Shown here: positions 62,736 through 64,000 of the stretch, piece after piece
Layout: the number at the start of each line of letters is the position of its first letter
Position numbering within the stretch: the first letter of the stretch is position 1
Assembly (NCBI GenBank): GCA_019114465.1
Contig: DXFM01000016.1
Coordinates: forward strand, 82 to 64,081
Length of the DNA: 64,000 bases
Source of the DNA: Candidatus Lachnoclostridium avicola
GTDB taxonomy: Bacteria > Bacillota > Clostridia > Lachnospirales > Lachnospiraceae
Reading direction: 5' to 3'
Translations under genes and position numbers: made by a program
Notes under the pieces: model-generated
Database searches by the model: none
The model's input: only the letters and a program-made list of their open reading frames with translations
Told to the model about the DNA's origin: nothing

Positions 62736-63639
62736 CGTTTACGATCTGGGCCTCCGCCTCTTCCTCGGTCAGACCCAGGGTCATCAGCTTGATGATCTGG
62801 TCACCGGCAATCTTTCCGATGGCCGCCTCATGGATCAGAGCCGCGTCGGTGCATTCCGCGTCGATCTCCGGCACCGCCTGAATCTTCGCATTGCCCATGA
62901 TAATGGAATCACACTCAGAATGGCCGCTGCAGGCCGCATTTCCAAACAAACGGGACACAAACTTCTGATAGGAGTTGTCCTTTGCCACTGAACGGGAAAT
63001 GATGTTGGCGCTGGATCCCTCTCCATTTAAATGGGCGCTGATCTCGCTGACCGCCGTCTGGTTTCCGTGGGTGAGCAGACGCTCCTTGATCACCACTTTC
63101 GCCCCGGCAGCCAGATCCATCTCCGTCTTGCGGATGGTGGAATCCACACCCTTGATCTGGACCATCTCCATCTCCATGTAGCTGCCCTCGTCCATGTGGA
63201 CCTCCGTCACCGGATTTAAAATTCTCTTTCCGTTGCCGTCACCCTCGCCGTAATGCTTCTCCACATACTTCACCTTCGCGTTCTTTCCCACGAAGAAGCG
63301 GTGGATGCCGTCATGCTCCGAATCCTGCTGCCCGCAGTTGCTGATGCCGCAGCCCGCCACAATCACCACGTCGGAATTCTCCCCGACATAGAAATCGTTG
63401 TAGACCACCTCTGACAGGCCGCTCTCGCTGATGATTACGGGAATGTGCACGCTCTCATGCACCGTTCCCGGCTTGATGTGGATATCGATGCCGCTTCCGT
63501 CCTCCTTGGACACGATGTCAATGTTGGCCGTGGTATTTCTGCCGGCCAGCTGGCCGTCGGAGCGGATGTTGTAAGCGCCCTCCGGCACTCCGTGAAGATC
63601 GGCAACTTCTCTCAGCAGGTTTAATTTGATCTGGTCCAT
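62722..63639 (-). CDS. SufB/SufD-family Fe-S assembly protein (SmsB-like)
   Basis: AGCGI, GHSECD, HEAAIG, LMTLGL.EEEA...IVNGFL. Confidence 0.9.
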   Translation of the reverse strand: MDQIKLNLLREVADLHGVPEGAYNIRSDGQLAGRNTTANIDIVSKEDGSGIDIHIKPGTVHESVHIPVIISESGLSEVVYNDFYVGENSDVVIVAGCGISNCGQQDSEHDGIHRFFVGKNAKVKYVEKHYGEGDGNGKRILNPVTEVHMDEGSYMEMEMVQIKGVDSTIRKTEMDLAAGAKVVIKERLLTHGNQTAVSEISAHLNGEGSSANIISRSVAKDNSYQKFVSRLFGNAACSGHSECDSIIMGNAKIQAVPEIDAECTDAALIHEAAIGKIAGDQIIKLMTLGLTEEEAEAQIVNGFLK

Positions 63640-63641
63640 TC

Positions 63642-64000
63642 TCAGTTACCTCCTTCGTAATTTCTGCACACATCCACAGCGGAGGACGTGCCCAGAAGCT
63701 GGGGAAGAATCTCTTCCTTCGGGCCCTGGCTGCGGATCACCCCGTCGGCGATCACCACGATCTCGTCCGCAATATCCAGAATCCTCTCCTGATGGGAAAT
63801 AATCAGGATGGAGCTGTCGTGGATGGCATTTCTCATCTTCTCAAAGACCTGAATCAGGTTCTGGAAGCTCCAGAGATCGATTCCCGCCTCCGGCTCGTCG
63901 AAAATGGAGAGCTTCGTGCCCCTGGCCAGAACAGTGGCGATCTCAATTCTCTTTAACTCACCGCCGGACAGACTGGCGTTCACTTCCCGGTTGATGTAAT
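63642..64000 (-). CDS. sufC: SufC-like ABC ATPase (partial; start lies beyond the right edge)
   Basis: LSGGELKRIE, FDEPEAGID, IISHQ. Confidence 0.85.
   Translation of the reverse strand, partial: YINREVNASLSGGELKRIEIATVLARGTKLSIFDEPEAGIDLWSFQNLIQVFEKMRNAIHDSSILIISHQERILDIADEIVVIADGVIRSQGPKEEILPQLLGTSSAVDVCRNYEGGN

Overview
GC-rich chromosomal window from a spore-forming Clostridia bacterium (Lachnospiraceae-like, inferred from the gene set), mostly on the minus strand. It holds a B12-dependent class II RNR (nrdJ) beside a cobalamin riboswitch; rpsB-tsf; comM-dprA-topA-codY; an SOS-boxed radical SAM/DUF4130 DNA-repair pair; LysR plus a split chromate transporter; and sigK coupled to DUF1848. 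A ~20 kb nitrogen/glutamine cluster follows (T-box aspS-gatCAB, dapL, ANTAR regulator, degenerate GS-I, gltBD, pyrG, divergent GS-III and purF). Further right are a broken sensor-kinase remnant, an amidohydrolase/ABC unit, ZTP-riboswitch purO-purH, a MacB-like ABC system, pyrBI, RNase P RNA, the dgt-dnaG-sigA-trmK-nif3 operon, a Csp protease and a minimal SufCB. Best candidate for an undescribed system: a glutamine-synthetase pseudoenzyme next to a non-phosphorylatable ANTAR antiterminator, with matching AAGGGY-loop hairpins overlapping terminators in both divergent nitrogen-assimilation leaders. Also notable are a pyrL-like leader peptide attenuator before pyrBI and a dispersed covarying hairpin repeat. 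No CRISPR array, prophage, transposase, tRNA or rRNA was seen. All assignments come from reading motifs by eye, without database searches.
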